Below the pieces are notes generated by a model. It ran no database searches. It was not told the DNA's origin and worked only from the letters and a program-made list of their open reading frames with translations. A DNA stretch of 64,000 bases from Christensenellales bacterium (GTDB lineage: Bacteria; Bacillota; Clostridia; Christensenellales; UBA1750), in assembly GCA_050942895.1 (NCBI GenBank), contig JBMNOE010000006.1:35578-99577 (forward strand), written 5' to 3'. The position numbers were made by a program, and so were the translations under genes. Of the stretch, positions 38,130-48,318 are shown one piece after another. Numbering within the stretch: the first letter of the stretch is position 1; each line of letters starts with the position of its first letter.

Positions 38130-39161
38130 TCAAGGCATATAGCCCCGATCGTTCAGAAGTCCGCTCTCGTTGATATGGTCGCCCGCCTGCTCGATATCCC
38201 GGTAGGAAATCTCCTGGCCGTCCAGCATGGGGGCCATGTCCATGTCCCAGGCGTCCTTTCCGTAGGCGCGGAAATGGTCTGCAATTCGCGCTGCGATGGC
38301 CCGGCTGTCTCCATCGTATTTTTCTGCGATCTGAACCAGATTGCTAAAAACGGAGGAGACCTTCTGGCTCAGCTCCTCGGCCAGCTCGGGGCTTTCATCC
38401 TCCAGCTCTGCCCAGACCCTTGCAAGGGCGGGGGCGAAGGCATTGGCGCTGGGCAGGTTAAAGCCGTCATAATAACGGTACCATTGGCTGTAATCGTAGT
38501 CGGAACCCCTCATCAGAAGAAGGCTTTCGTCTGTCTGACCGCTTTGGACATAAAGATCCTCGCCGCTGTTGTCCTGATACATGTAGAAGTTGGGATATTT
38601 CGAAGCAAAGCAGTTGATTATTTCCACATCAATATTATATCCGATTTTATCAGGGGCGTTAACAAGGGCGATGGGCACGCCCAATTCCATCAAGGGCTGA
38701 AGCTCATGCTCTATCTCCTGCCTGGTCAGATGCTTTCCCATGGGCAGGCAGACGCTGTAGCCGCAAAGGCCCGCCGAGGCCAGGTTGTCAACGGCGTCTT
38801 TGTTGCCATATTCGCGCTCCAGCTGATAAAGGTGGTAAACTATTGTTCCGTAGGCGTCCTGGGTCTCCTCCTCCAGCACTGAAAACATCACCCTCATGCC
38901 CAAGCCCTTGGCTTCGGCCAGGCATGCCTCCAGCACCTGATTGCACTGGCTGCGGTTCATGGCCCAGCCGTCACCGGTGCCGCCCGCGGCGATAAGGCCG
39001 CCAACATGCGGCGCAAGGGAGCGGATCATGGCCCTCATGCGAAAATCGTCCACCTCGCCGTCGGGGGTGAGATGGGTTAACACAGGGCAAAAAATCCTTG
39101 GGACTCCGCTGGGGAAAAGCCTTTTAATAAGATCGGCGCGTTTATCTGAAACGCTATCCAT
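38130..39161 (-). CDS. Dihydrodipicolinate synthase (DapA/NAL) family protein, catalytic residues apparently lost
   Basis: PVLT...DGEVD and GGTGDGW motifs. LVNAP stands in place of LYN.P and YQDNSG in place of KD.SG. Confidence 0.8.
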   Translation of the reverse strand: MDSVSDKRADLIKRLFPSGVPRIFCPVLTHLTPDGEVDDFRMRAMIRSLAPHVGGLIAAGGTGDGWAMNRSQCNQVLEACLAEAKGLGMRVMFSVLEEETQDAYGTIVYHLYQLEREYGNKDAVDNLASAGLCGYSVCLPMGKHLTRQEIEHELQPLMELGVPIALVNAPDKIGYNIDVEIINCFASKYPNFYMYQDNSGEDLYVQSGQTDESLLLMRGSDYDYSQWYRYYDGFNLPSANAFAPALARVWAELEDESPELAEELSQKVSSVFSNLVQIAEKYDGDSRAIAARIADHFRAYGKDAWDMDMAPMLDGQEISYRDIEQAGDHINESGLLNDRGYMP

Positions 39162-39543
39162 AGTAACAACTCCTTTTTACTTCGGTAAAACTATACATGG
39201 TTTTTGGGGGGATCGCCTACTTGCCTGTGCCAGATCGATCTTTCGATGCAATACATTTGCGTTTTGCGCTTATTCATATGATAACTCAACGTCGCAGGAA
39301 AGCTGCCGGCGAGCGCCCAGTTTTGCATTGCGATGCTGAGCGCTTCGTACATCGATTCCTTCTGCTTTTAAATTGAATTTTTCACAGCCGGATTTCCGCT
39401 TTGCCAAACGCGCTCTTTTCACCCCTATTTTAGCCCATAAACTGGCAAGCCGCAAGTTTCTTTTGGCCCATTGTTGATAAACGTTTTTTTTTTAATAAGA
39501 ATCTGTTATAATCAGCTTATATATTCATCGGAGGTGTTTTGGC

Positions 39544-40932
39544 TTGTACCAATTGGTAAGGGAACTATACAAAAATACGCCCGCCGAGGGAGCGAATATC
39601 CAGATCGGCGGCTGGATACGCACTATGCGCATATCGAAGAACTTCGGTTTCATAGAGCTGAACGACGGCAGCTATTTCAAGAATATTCAGGTGGTTATCG
39701 AGCCCGATGCTCTTGATAATTATTTAGCGGTTTCTAAGCTGCCTGAGGGAAGCGCCATTTCCGTCTGGGGAAGTGTCGCGCTCACTCCGGGCATGAAGCA
39801 GCCCTTTGAAATAAAGGCCCAAGGGGTTTTGGTGGAGGGGGAATCCACCAGCGATTATCCCATGCAGAAAAAGCGCCATACGGTGGAATATCTGCGGACG
39901 CAGGCCCATCTGCGCCCGAGGACGAACCTCTTCAGCGCGGTGTTTCGCATAAGATCCCTTGCGGCGTATGCCATCCACCAGTTCTTTAACGAGCGGGGCT
40001 TTGTCTACGTCCACACGCCGATAGTCACCGCCAGCGACTGCGAGGGCGCAGGCGAAATGTTCAGGGTGACCACTTTGGACCTTGAAAATGTGCCCAAGAC
40101 CGACGACGGCAAGGTGGACTGCTCCAAGGATTTCTTCGGCAAGGAAACGGGGCTTACGGTTTCAGGGCAGCTTAATGTGGAGTGCTACGCCATGGCCTTC
40201 AGAAATGTCTACACCTTCGGGCCAACATTTCGGGCGGAGATATCATACACCCCAAGGCATGCGGCCGAGTTTTGGATGATTGAGCCGGAGATCGCCTTCG
40301 CGGATTTGAACGACAACATGGAGCTTGCCGAGGAAATGGTCAAGTATATAATCGGATATGTGATAGACAATGCACCCGAGGAGATGGATTTTCTAAATCG
40401 CTTTGTGGACAAGGGCCTGCTTGAAAGGCTTAAGGCCGTAAGGAGCGCTGATTTTGCCAGGATAAACTATACAAAGGCAATAGAAATCCTTGAAGAGGTG
40501 AAGGAACAGTTTGAATATCCCGTGTTCTGGGGCTGCGACTTGCAGACGGAGCATGAAAGATATCTGACCGAGAAGATATTTGAAAGGCCGGTCTTTGTGA
40601 CGGACTATCCCAAGGAAATAAAGGCTTTTTATATGCGTATCTCCGACGATGAAAAGACAGTCGCCGCGGCGGATCTGCTGGTGCCGGGCATCGGCGAGCT
40701 GATCGGCGGCAGCCAGAGGGAGGAGCGGCTGGATGTCCTCGAGCGGAGGATGGAGGAGATGGGCCTTGACAAGGATGAATACTGGTGGTATCTGGAGCTG
40801 CGCAAGTTTGGCACAGTCAAGCACGCGGGCTTTGGCCTGGGCTTTGAGCGCATGATAATGTACCTCACCGGTGTAAGCAATATTCGCGATGTTGTGCCTT
40901 TCCCAAGGACAACAAAGAACGCCGAGTTTTAG
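39544..40932 (+). CDS. asnS: Asparagine--tRNA ligase
   Basis: [43 protein letters not shown] and GFGLGFER. Confidence 0.97.
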   Translation: MYQLVRELYKNTPAEGANIQIGGWIRTMRISKNFGFIELNDGSYFKNIQVVIEPDALDNYLAVSKLPEGSAISVWGSVALTPGMKQPFEIKAQGVLVEGESTSDYPMQKKRHTVEYLRTQAHLRPRTNLFSAVFRIRSLAAYAIHQFFNERGFVYVHTPIVTASDCEGAGEMFRVTTLDLENVPKTDDGKVDCSKDFFGKETGLTVSGQLNVECYAMAFRNVYTFGPTFRAEISYTPRHAAEFWMIEPEIAFADLNDNMELAEEMVKYIIGYVIDNAPEEMDFLNRFVDKGLLERLKAVRSADFARINYTKAIEILEEVKEQFEYPVFWGCDLQTEHERYLTEKIFERPVFVTDYPKEIKAFYMRISDDEKTVAAADLLVPGIGELIGGSQREERLDVLERRMEEMGLDKDEYWWYLELRKFGTVKHAGFGLGFERMIMYLTGVSNIRDVVPFPRTTKNAEF

Positions 40933-40990
40933 CCGGCGGGCTGATCGGCCATATAAAGTCATATTTAAGAAGAAAAAAGGAGTTGATTTA

Positions 40991-42092
40991 GTGATATTAG
41001 GGCTTGAAAAAGCTAAGGCTGCACTGGCGGCCATTTCGCAAACACTTAAAAAGGCAGGTGAATCACTTTGACGTCGCCTCTTTGGCGGCACAAAGGGAGG
41101 AACTGGAGGCAGAGCTGAACGCCCCTGATCTTTGGTCGGACGTGGAAAACGCCACAAGGCTCAGCGGCAAGCTGAAAAGCCTGACGAACAAAATCGACGG
41201 CTACGAGGGCCTTGTGCGGCAGGCGGAAAGCGTGGCCGGGCTGATTGAGCTTTGCGAGGAGGAGGAAGACGCTTCCTTCATTGACGAAATCGAAGCTGAG
41301 ATAGCCGGCATCGAAAATAAGGTGGAGGCGCTTCGCCTCGAAATGCTGCTCAAGGGCCCGTATGATTCAAACGGCGCCATACTTTCGCTCCATGCGGGGG
41401 CGGGCGGCACCGAGGCCCAGGACTGGGCGCAGATGCTCTTTCGCATGTACACAAGGTACTGCGAGCGCCACGGCTATTCAGTGAGCGTGCTGGACATGCA
41501 AAGCGGCGACGAGGCGGGCATAAAGTCTGTCACATTTGAAATAAGCGGAGAAAACGCATATGGTTATCTGAAGGCGGAAAGGGGCGTACACCGGCTGGTT
41601 CGGATATCGCCCTTCGACTCAAACGCAAGGCGCCACACTTCCTTTTCATCCCTTGACGTGGCCCCCGTTTTGGAGGACAGCGGAGAGGTTGAAATAGACA
41701 TGGAGGAAGTGCGGGTGGATACCTACAGGGCCTCCGGTGCCGGCGGGCAGCATGTCAACAGGACGGACAGCGCCGTTCGGATGACCCATTTGCCCACGGG
41801 CATAGTTGTGCAGTGCCAGAACGAACGCAGTCAGATTCAAAACCGCGAAAAGTGCCTTATGATGCTGCGGTCTAAGCTGGCGGAACTGAAGGAACGCCAG
41901 GAAGCCGAGAAGATGAGCGAAATAAAGGGCGAGATGAAGAAGATAGAATGGGGCAGCCAGATTCGCTCATATGTGTTCCAGCCCTACACGATGGTCAAAG
42001 ACCACAGGACGGGCTATGAGGCGGGCAATGTGGGCGCTGTGATGGACGGCGATATAGACGGATTTATAACCGCCTATCTGCAGATGAGTTGA
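40991..42092 (+). CDS. prfB: Peptide chain release factor 2 with programmed +1 frameshift
   Basis: 26-codon first frame (VILGLEK...GESL) ends in CTT TGA C at 41066-41072, with SD-like AGGTGA upstream. Second frame has SPF and GGQ motifs. Confidence 0.96.
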
Positions 42093-42165
42093 TTTTTCTC
42101 TGCAAACTGCAACCAGACGTAACAAAAAGGCGACAAAAAAGCGACAAAAAGCGGGAGGGAGCGCT

Positions 42166-43191
42166 ATGATTTTAAATTCTGCGGGCAAGGGGAGGAGAGG
42201 CGTTGCTTCGGCGGCAGCGGCGGTGATGGTTCTGCCGCTCTTGCTGGCGCTACTCCTAGCGTCGGTGGCCTTCTTTTCGGGTTTTCTGCCTTTTTATGAA
42301 TATGCCTATGAAAAGCACGGCATATATGAAGCCACGGGCATGTCCCGCGAGTCCCTGAGAAATGTCACCGGGGAGCTGATCAGCTACATACAGGGCGGGA
42401 CGGGCGATCTTTACATCAACGAAACCGTCCACGGACAGGTGCGCCAGGTGTTCAACGAAAAGGAGATCGGCCACATGGTGGATGTGCTGGCGCTTTTCAA
42501 TTTGCTGAGGCTGGTCTTGTGGATCTGCGCCGGAGCAGTCGTGGCTCTTATCTTGCTGGCGCTGCTGATCGCCCCTAAGGGAGCGAAAGGTTACAGCATA
42601 TCAAGGGGCGTGCTTTGCACCCTTGTGCCCTTCGCGCTGCTGCTGGTGGCGGGCGCCGCCTATGTGATGTTTGACTTTAACAACGCATTTTTACAGTTTC
42701 ACTACCTCTTCTTCGCCGGAGATGCGCAGATGAAGTGGGTGCTTAACCCCGCCACCGATATAATGATACAGATCGTTCCCGAGGGCTTTTTTGTGGACAT
42801 CGCAGTGGCCATATTCGCCAGCTTCATCGCCGCCATGCTGATATTGCTGGTGGTTTCCGCCGCAGTGTTTTTAAAAAAACGCAAGGTCTTGGTGGTGGGC
42901 TATGAGGAGCTCTCTCCTCAGGACATGCCGGAACTGGAGTTTCACCAGGACTATGAGGAGGAAATGAGCGTTCCGGTGCTGGAGCCGGAGGATGGAAATG
43001 AGCCTCCCCAGCGGCCGACGGCGGATGAAATCTTCGAGAGCATGGGCATAAGGGATGACAGCCAGGTTCCCGACTCGGTCAGGGAGCTTATCGAGGAAAC
43101 AAAAAGAGAATACGAAAGGCGCAAGCACCGCCTTCCCCCTGATGAAGGCATCACGACCCGGGAAATAATGGACAGGCTCAAAAACTTTTGA
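42166..43191 (+). CDS. TIGR01906/DUF1461-like integral membrane protein with acidic C-terminal tail
   Basis: FNEKEIGHMVDV..LF, F..AF..FH.LFF and W.LNP.TD.MI...PEGFF. Confidence 0.8.
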   Translation: MILNSAGKGRRGVASAAAAVMVLPLLLALLLASVAFFSGFLPFYEYAYEKHGIYEATGMSRESLRNVTGELISYIQGGTGDLYINETVHGQVRQVFNEKEIGHMVDVLALFNLLRLVLWICAGAVVALILLALLIAPKGAKGYSISRGVLCTLVPFALLLVAGAAYVMFDFNNAFLQFHYLFFAGDAQMKWVLNPATDIMIQIVPEGFFVDIAVAIFASFIAAMLILLVVSAAVFLKKRKVLVVGYEELSPQDMPELEFHQDYEEEMSVPVLEPEDGNEPPQRPTADEIFESMGIRDDSQVPDSVRELIEETKREYERRKHRLPPDEGITTREIMDRLKNF

Positions 43192-43249
43192 CGGCTTGTG
43201 AGACTTAATGCAATAAAAAGCATGGAACAAAAAAGAGAAAAAAGAAAAA

Positions 43250-44305
43250 ATGACATATTATGATATAGCCATAAAAAAAGCGCGGGAGCTTAGGGAGCGG
43301 GGATGCGGAAATATCCTTGCAATAGAGTCCTCCTGCGATGAAACCGCCGCCGCCGTGACCCGGGGCTTTAAAACTTTGGGCGAAAAAGTGCACTCGCAGA
43401 TAGATCTGCACGAAAAATACGGCGGGGTGGTGCCGGAGATCGCTTCAAGAGACCATGTGCGGATGATGGACTTCGTGGTGGACGACGCCCTTTCCCAGGC
43501 GGGGATGAGCCTTTCGGACATCGACGCCGTGGCTGTCACATATGGCCCGGGGCTGGTGGGGGCGCTGCTCTGCGGGGTCAGCTATGCGAAGGCTTTGGCC
43601 TATTCGCTCAGCCTGCCCCTTTACGCGGTCAATCATATTGAGGGGCACATTTGCGCAAATTACATGGCCCATGAGGAGCTTAAGCCGCCTTACATCTGCC
43701 TGGTGGCTTCCGGCGGACACAGCCATATCGTCCGGGTGGACGGCGACGGCGAATACAGATTGATCGGTAAAACCCGGGACGATGCAGCCGGCGAGGCCTT
43801 CGACAAGGCGGCAAGGGTGCTGGGGCTGGGCTATCCCGGCGGGCCGAAGCTGGATGCTCTGGCTCAGTCCGGCGATGCCGATGCCTTTGTTTTGCCAACG
43901 CCCAGGGTGGAGGGCTATGACTACAGCTTCTCCGGCCTTAAAACGGCGCTTTTGCAGGCCTGCGCCCGGGCGGAAAAGCAGGGGGGCTACAGGCGCGAGG
44001 ACGCCGCTGCCGCCTTCCAGCGGGCAGTTGTCACCCAGCTTAGGGACAAGCTGATGGCCGCCGCGCTGGATCAAGGGGTTGACTCCGTCGCCGTGGCGGG
44101 AGGAGTCGCCGCAAACAGCGGCCTGAGGAAAGTTTTAGCTGAAGCCTGCTCTGAAAAGGGCCTGGGCTTTTTTGTGCCTCCCCTTTCCCTTTGTACCGAC
44201 AACGCCCGCATGATCGGCGCGGCGGCCCATGTTATGCTCAGAAGCGGCGCGCCCTCGCCGCTTACTCTTAATGCTCAGCCATCCCTTCGCCTTAAATACA
44301 TATGA
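43250..44305 (+). CDS. tsaD: tRNA threonylcarbamoyladenosine biosynthesis protein TsaD
   Basis: LAIESSCDET, GGVVPEIASRDH, NHIEGH, SGGHS, DDAAGEAFDK and TDNA.MI. Confidence 0.97.
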   Translation: MTYYDIAIKKARELRERGCGNILAIESSCDETAAAVTRGFKTLGEKVHSQIDLHEKYGGVVPEIASRDHVRMMDFVVDDALSQAGMSLSDIDAVAVTYGPGLVGALLCGVSYAKALAYSLSLPLYAVNHIEGHICANYMAHEELKPPYICLVASGGHSHIVRVDGDGEYRLIGKTRDDAAGEAFDKAARVLGLGYPGGPKLDALAQSGDADAFVLPTPRVEGYDYSFSGLKTALLQACARAEKQGGYRREDAAAAFQRAVVTQLRDKLMAAALDQGVDSVAVAGGVAANSGLRKVLAEACSEKGLGFFVPPLSLCTDNARMIGAAAHVMLRSGAPSPLTLNAQPSLRLKYI

Positions 44306-44360
44306 CTATAGAGATGAGCAAAGCCGCCGGCGCTTTAAAAGGAATATAATCAAAACAAAC

Positions 44361-44399
44361 GCCCGCTTGTCCGTAAGAACAGGCGGGCATTCGCTTTTT
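44361..44399. terminator. Terminator after tsaD
   Basis: GCCCGCTTGT / ACAGGCGGGC stem. Confidence 0.6.
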
Positions 44400-44538
44400 C
44401 AGAAAAGACGAGGGGTTTTGTGGGAGAAAAACGTCTTTTTTGACAAAACTTCTCCTTTTCCAGAAATTATGCTATATTCGCTATTGACAAACAGGCGCAT
44501 GTCTGCGTATATTGCATAATGTGAGAAATGGGATGTAA

Positions 44539-45258
44539 CTACCGGACGAAAAGCTGAGTGACGTAGAACGCATTGTTGGTTCTGACTACGCCTATCCCCG
44601 CGCGCTGCATACTCTTGCTCATTATGTTGGCATTGTGGCCGGGAGAAGCCATCAGACCGGCATGGGCTTTTTCAAGGGAGCCGAAGCGGGCGATGTTCTC
44701 AGCACTGGCAACAAAGGAGACGCCGCCGTTTTTAAGCATGTTATAGCTGCTGCCGTAGGTGGGGGAATTGTGGGCGAAATAGTTTTTGTCCACCATATCC
44801 TGTGACTTGGCCCTGGCCCAATATGTCAGGGATGAGTCCAGCTTGTAGGGAGAAAGGCCGGACTTTGCCCTTTCGGCGTTGACCCAGCTTAGCATCTGCG
44901 CTTCGCTTGAGTTCTGCTCTGCCTGCCTGGAGCCGGAGCCCGTGTCCGGAGCGGAGGTAGGCGCAGGGCTTGCAGAGGGCGCCGGGGTGCTGGCCACGGG
45001 GCAGCCGGAGGGTGTTCTTTCGGGGCTTGTGGGATAAGAGCTGGTGGGGCAGGGCGTAGCCGTCGGCTTTGCGGTGGCTGTGGGTGCAGCGGTGGCTGCG
45101 GGTTTTGCGAACATGTTGAATATCTCATCGGGGATTATCAGCCGCCATATGACGCCCGGAGCAACCTCGAATTCGATTTCCTTGGCTTGCGCGGTGGCCG
45201 GGAAGGCGACGCAGACCAGAAGGGCTGCCAATAATAAGATTGTTAATCTGTTCTTCAT
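44539..45258 (-). CDS. Secreted CAP/SCP domain protein (YkwD-like)
   Basis: Signal peptide, Pro/Thr/Ala linker, VNAER, KSQDM...YFAHNSPTYGS, ENIA and MASPGHNANI. Confidence 0.9.
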   Translation of the reverse strand: MKNRLTILLLAALLVCVAFPATAQAKEIEFEVAPGVIWRLIIPDEIFNMFAKPAATAAPTATAKPTATPCPTSSYPTSPERTPSGCPVASTPAPSASPAPTSAPDTGSGSRQAEQNSSEAQMLSWVNAERAKSGLSPYKLDSSLTYWARAKSQDMVDKNYFAHNSPTYGSSYNMLKNGGVSFVASAENIARFGSLEKAHAGLMASPGHNANIMSKSMQRAGIGVVRTNNAFYVTQLFVR

Positions 45259-45427
45259 TTGGTTATTCCTCCTCAATTTGGGTTATTTAAACAAAATTGT
45301 AGAGGGTTGGCAGAGTAAATTCAAACAAATTACCAGATTTTTTCCATGGTAACTTATGGAAAACAGCCGAAAGAGCGTCTCTGTGCGCTAAATATGAACA
45401 TAATTGGAGATCTGTGGAGGGATGTTT

Positions 45428-45859
45428 ATGGCATTTGTGAAATGCCCCAGATGTGAGTTGAATTACATGCAGTCAACGGATAAATATTGCCAGGTCTGCC
45501 GGCGGGATATGCAGGGCGAGGACGATCAGGACATGTCGGGCATATGCACCAACTGCGGCGAGCGCGCTGCCCTCAGCGGCGAAGAGATGTGCGCTGTATG
45601 CCTTAAGGAAATTAACAACACGGAGGGCTTCGTCATGAGCGATGACGAGGAATCCGAGGAGGGCGTGGACGAATCAGTCATCGAATTGCCTGATGCCAGC
45701 GATATAGAAGAAATCGAGATAGACGACGAAACTATTCCCGCAGGAGAGTTCCAGGTGATAAAGCGTGAACTGGGCAGCGATGACGACAGCGAGTTCGACA
45801 CAGTTTCTTTGAGCGAACTACAGGAAGAGGAAGACAGGGACGACGAGGAAGAAGATTGA
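45428..45859 (+). CDS. Hypothetical protein: two Cys4 zinc-finger modules plus highly acidic C-terminus
   Basis: CPRC..CQVC and CTNC..CAVC followed by a D/E-rich tail. GGAGG RBS. Confidence 0.8.
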   Translation: MAFVKCPRCELNYMQSTDKYCQVCRRDMQGEDDQDMSGICTNCGERAALSGEEMCAVCLKEINNTEGFVMSDDEESEEGVDESVIELPDASDIEEIEIDDETIPAGEFQVIKRELGSDDDSEFDTVSLSELQEEEDRDDEEED

Positions 45860-46533
45860 TGCGCATATTTGCAATCGGCGATCTCCACCTTCCCGGCGGC
45901 AGCGAAAATAAATCCATGGACATATTCGGCGAGCTGTGGGAAAGCCATTTTGACAAAATAAAAAGCGACTGGATTGAAAGAGTTTCCCAGGAGGATGTGG
46001 TGCTGATCCCGGGCGATATCAGTTGGGCGATGTTCTTCGAGGATGCCCTCCATGACATCGATGCAATTTGCGCATTGCCGGGCAGTAAAATCCTTTTGAA
46101 GGGGAATCACGACTTTTGGTGGAACTCCATCACCAGGCTGAGACAAATTCTTCATGGGCAGACATATGCCCTTCAAAACGATGCGCTGATTTTTGGCGGC
46201 GTGGCCTTCGCCGGTAGCCGAGGTTGGGAGAAGATGGGCGAGGACGGTAAGATACAGCGCAGGGAGATCATACGGATGGAGCTGTCTTTGAAGGCCGCGA
46301 GCGCAAAGAGCCCGGAGCGCATCGTGGCAATGACCCACTATCCCCCCTTCGATGAAAACGGAGGCGAGAGCGCCATGACGCGACTTTTCCAGGAGTACGG
46401 CGTAAGCGATGCGGTGTACGGTCATCTCCACGGCGAAGGCGCAAAAAATGCCATTGTGGGGGAGCGCGGTGGAGTGAGATACCATCTGGCAGCCTGTGAT
46501 TATCTTGGCTTTAAGCTTCTTCAGCTTCCGTAA
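45859..46533 (+). CDS. Calcineurin-like metallophosphoesterase
   Basis: DLH, GDISW, GNHD, HYPP and GHLH. Confidence 0.92.
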   Translation: MRIFAIGDLHLPGGSENKSMDIFGELWESHFDKIKSDWIERVSQEDVVLIPGDISWAMFFEDALHDIDAICALPGSKILLKGNHDFWWNSITRLRQILHGQTYALQNDALIFGGVAFAGSRGWEKMGEDGKIQRREIIRMELSLKAASAKSPERIVAMTHYPPFDENGGESAMTRLFQEYGVSDAVYGHLHGEGAKNAIVGERGGVRYHLAACDYLGFKLLQLP

Positions 46534-46563
46534 AGAGGTTAATTTTTATAAATATCTGCATAT

Positions 46564-46602
46564 AATAGCATCGGATATACAATATCCGGTGCTATTTCTT
46601 TT
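46564..46602 (+). terminator. Intrinsic terminator before the dcw promoter
   Basis: AATAGCATCGGATAT-aca-ATATCCGGTGCTATT-TCTTTT. Confidence 0.75.
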
Positions 46603-46726
46603 CCCTGATTAAATTGCACGAACGAACGTTCGATGGCTGTATACTGGGAAATCTTATTAAGAAATTTTTTCTTTTTCCCAAAATTCAGAAGGGAATGGCG
46701 GGAGGATGGAGAATAATATAACTCAA

Positions 46727-46763
46727 GTGGAGTGAATGGGGCGGAGAGTGGTGAAAAGTGGGG
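46727..46763 (+). promoter_or_regulatory. MraZ-binding repeats
   Basis: GTGGAG, ATGGGG, GTGGTG and GTGGGG at about 10-bp periodicity upstream of mraZ. Confidence 0.75.
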
Positions 46764-46872
46764 GTTTTGCACAAGCTGTGCAAAAGTCTGTGGAAAACTT
46801 TTTGAGCCGCTTGACCGGCCTTAGTGCGCTTGATGGTACTTTAACAAATACTGATGAAAGGGGGGACGCGAA

Positions 46873-47283
46873 ATGAGCAGTTCAAGCCTAAACTTGAACG
46901 GCAATTATCAACAAACGCTGGACAGCAAAAACCGCGTCATAATCCCCCAGAAGTTCAGGGCCATAATAGGCACGCCTGTGACGGTTCTTCGTGGCATAGG
47001 CGATGAAAAGCACATCAGGATCGCCTCCGCTTTCCGCTGGGACGAGCTTTGCAATAAGTTTGAACAGATGGATGAGGACGCATCTCCAAAAGAATACCGC
47101 AAGATGCGCATACTGATGAGCACCTCATATTCAGACCTTAACATCGACAGTCAGGGGCGGATCACCATTCCTGCCAGCCTTCGCGAATATGCCGGCATCA
47201 AGAAGGATCTGATAGTGGCGGGCGCAGGCAGATATGTTGAAATATGGGACAAGGAAGCCTTTGAGCAGATGGTAAATGAGTGA
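46873..47283 (+). CDS. mraZ: Division/cell wall cluster repressor MraZ
   Basis: LDSKNRVIIP and IDSQGRITIP repeats, EIWD. Confidence 0.95.
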   Translation: MSSSSLNLNGNYQQTLDSKNRVIIPQKFRAIIGTPVTVLRGIGDEKHIRIASAFRWDELCNKFEQMDEDASPKEYRKMRILMSTSYSDLNIDSQGRITIPASLREYAGIKKDLIVAGAGRYVEIWDKEAFEQMVNE

Positions 47284-48217
47284 GATCATGAGCGGTGCAA
47301 GCGGCTACCATGTGCCGGTGATGCTGGAAGAAGTGATGGAGTACCTGCTTAAGGGCGGGGGGCTATATGTGGACGGCACCCTGGGCGGCGGTGGCCATTC
47401 CTTAGAGATACTAAGGCGGCAAGAGGGAGCGGTTCTTGCGGGTATAGACAGAGATCTGGACGCCATAGACGAGGCCGGCAGAAGATTATCCGTATTCGGC
47501 GGAAGGTTCCGGGCAATCCACGGAAATTACGCCGACATGGAAAAGCTGCTGGCTAAAAACGGCTTTGGAAAAGCCGAGGGCATCCTTCTGGATCTGGGGG
47601 TTTCCTCGCATCAGTTCGACGATGCGGCAAGGGGCTTCTCATACCATGAGGACGCGCCTTTGGACATGAGGATGGACGCAACGCAGCCATTTTCAGCCCG
47701 TGATATCGTGAACGAATACAGCGAGTCGGAGCTATCAAGGGTGATATTCAGCTACGGCGAGGAGCGCTGGGCAAAAAGGATTGCGGAGTTCATAGTGGCG
47801 AGAAGGCCCATAAACACAACATTGGAACTGGTGGAGACAATCAAGGCGGCGGTGCCCAAAGGCGCCAGAAGAGACGGGCCGCATCCCGCCAGAAGGACTT
47901 TTCAGGCCATTCGTATAGAGGTGAATCAGGAGCTGGAAAAGCTTAAAGGGGCGCTATATTCGGCGCTTAACTGCTTAAATGCCGGTGGCAGGCTGTGTGT
48001 GATAACATTCCACTCCCTGGAGGACAGGATTGTAAAGCAAACCTTCTCGGAGATGCAAAACCCATGCACATGCCCCAAGGATATACCCATTTGCATATGC
48101 AAAAAAGAGCCTGTGGCAAGGGTGATCACCAGAAAGCCGGTTCTTCCATCTAAGGGAGAAATAGAAAGAAACGCAAGGTCGAGAAGCGCAAAGCTTCGCG
48201 TTGCTGAAAAAATATAA
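47276..48217 (+). CDS. rsmH: 16S rRNA m4C1402 methyltransferase
   Basis: HVPVM, DGTLGGGGHS, DLGVSS, FQAIRIEVN and FHSLEDR. Confidence 0.97.
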   Translation: MSEIMSGASGYHVPVMLEEVMEYLLKGGGLYVDGTLGGGGHSLEILRRQEGAVLAGIDRDLDAIDEAGRRLSVFGGRFRAIHGNYADMEKLLAKNGFGKAEGILLDLGVSSHQFDDAARGFSYHEDAPLDMRMDATQPFSARDIVNEYSESELSRVIFSYGEERWAKRIAEFIVARRPINTTLELVETIKAAVPKGARRDGPHPARRTFQAIRIEVNQELEKLKGALYSALNCLNAGGRLCVITFHSLEDRIVKQTFSEMQNPCTCPKDIPICICKKEPVARVITRKPVLPSKGEIERNARSRSAKLRVAEKI

Positions 48218-48318
48218 GGCGTATCAGGGCGAAAAACAGGGCGGTAAAAGAGCAGAAAAAACAGGGCGGTGTCTGCAAGCATAAATACGCATAAAAATAG
48301 ATTGCGGGGAATAAACAT

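Noticed and set aside
39400-39543. T-box riboswitch upstream of asnS
   Set aside because: No T-box consensus (AAGGTGGnACC-like) or terminator. A TGn-TATAAT box lies close to the RBS, leaving no room for a leader.
45526-46485. 319-aa - strand ORF with Ser runs
   Set aside because: Shadow of the acidic protein and phosphoesterase. The Ser runs mirror Asp/Glu codons.
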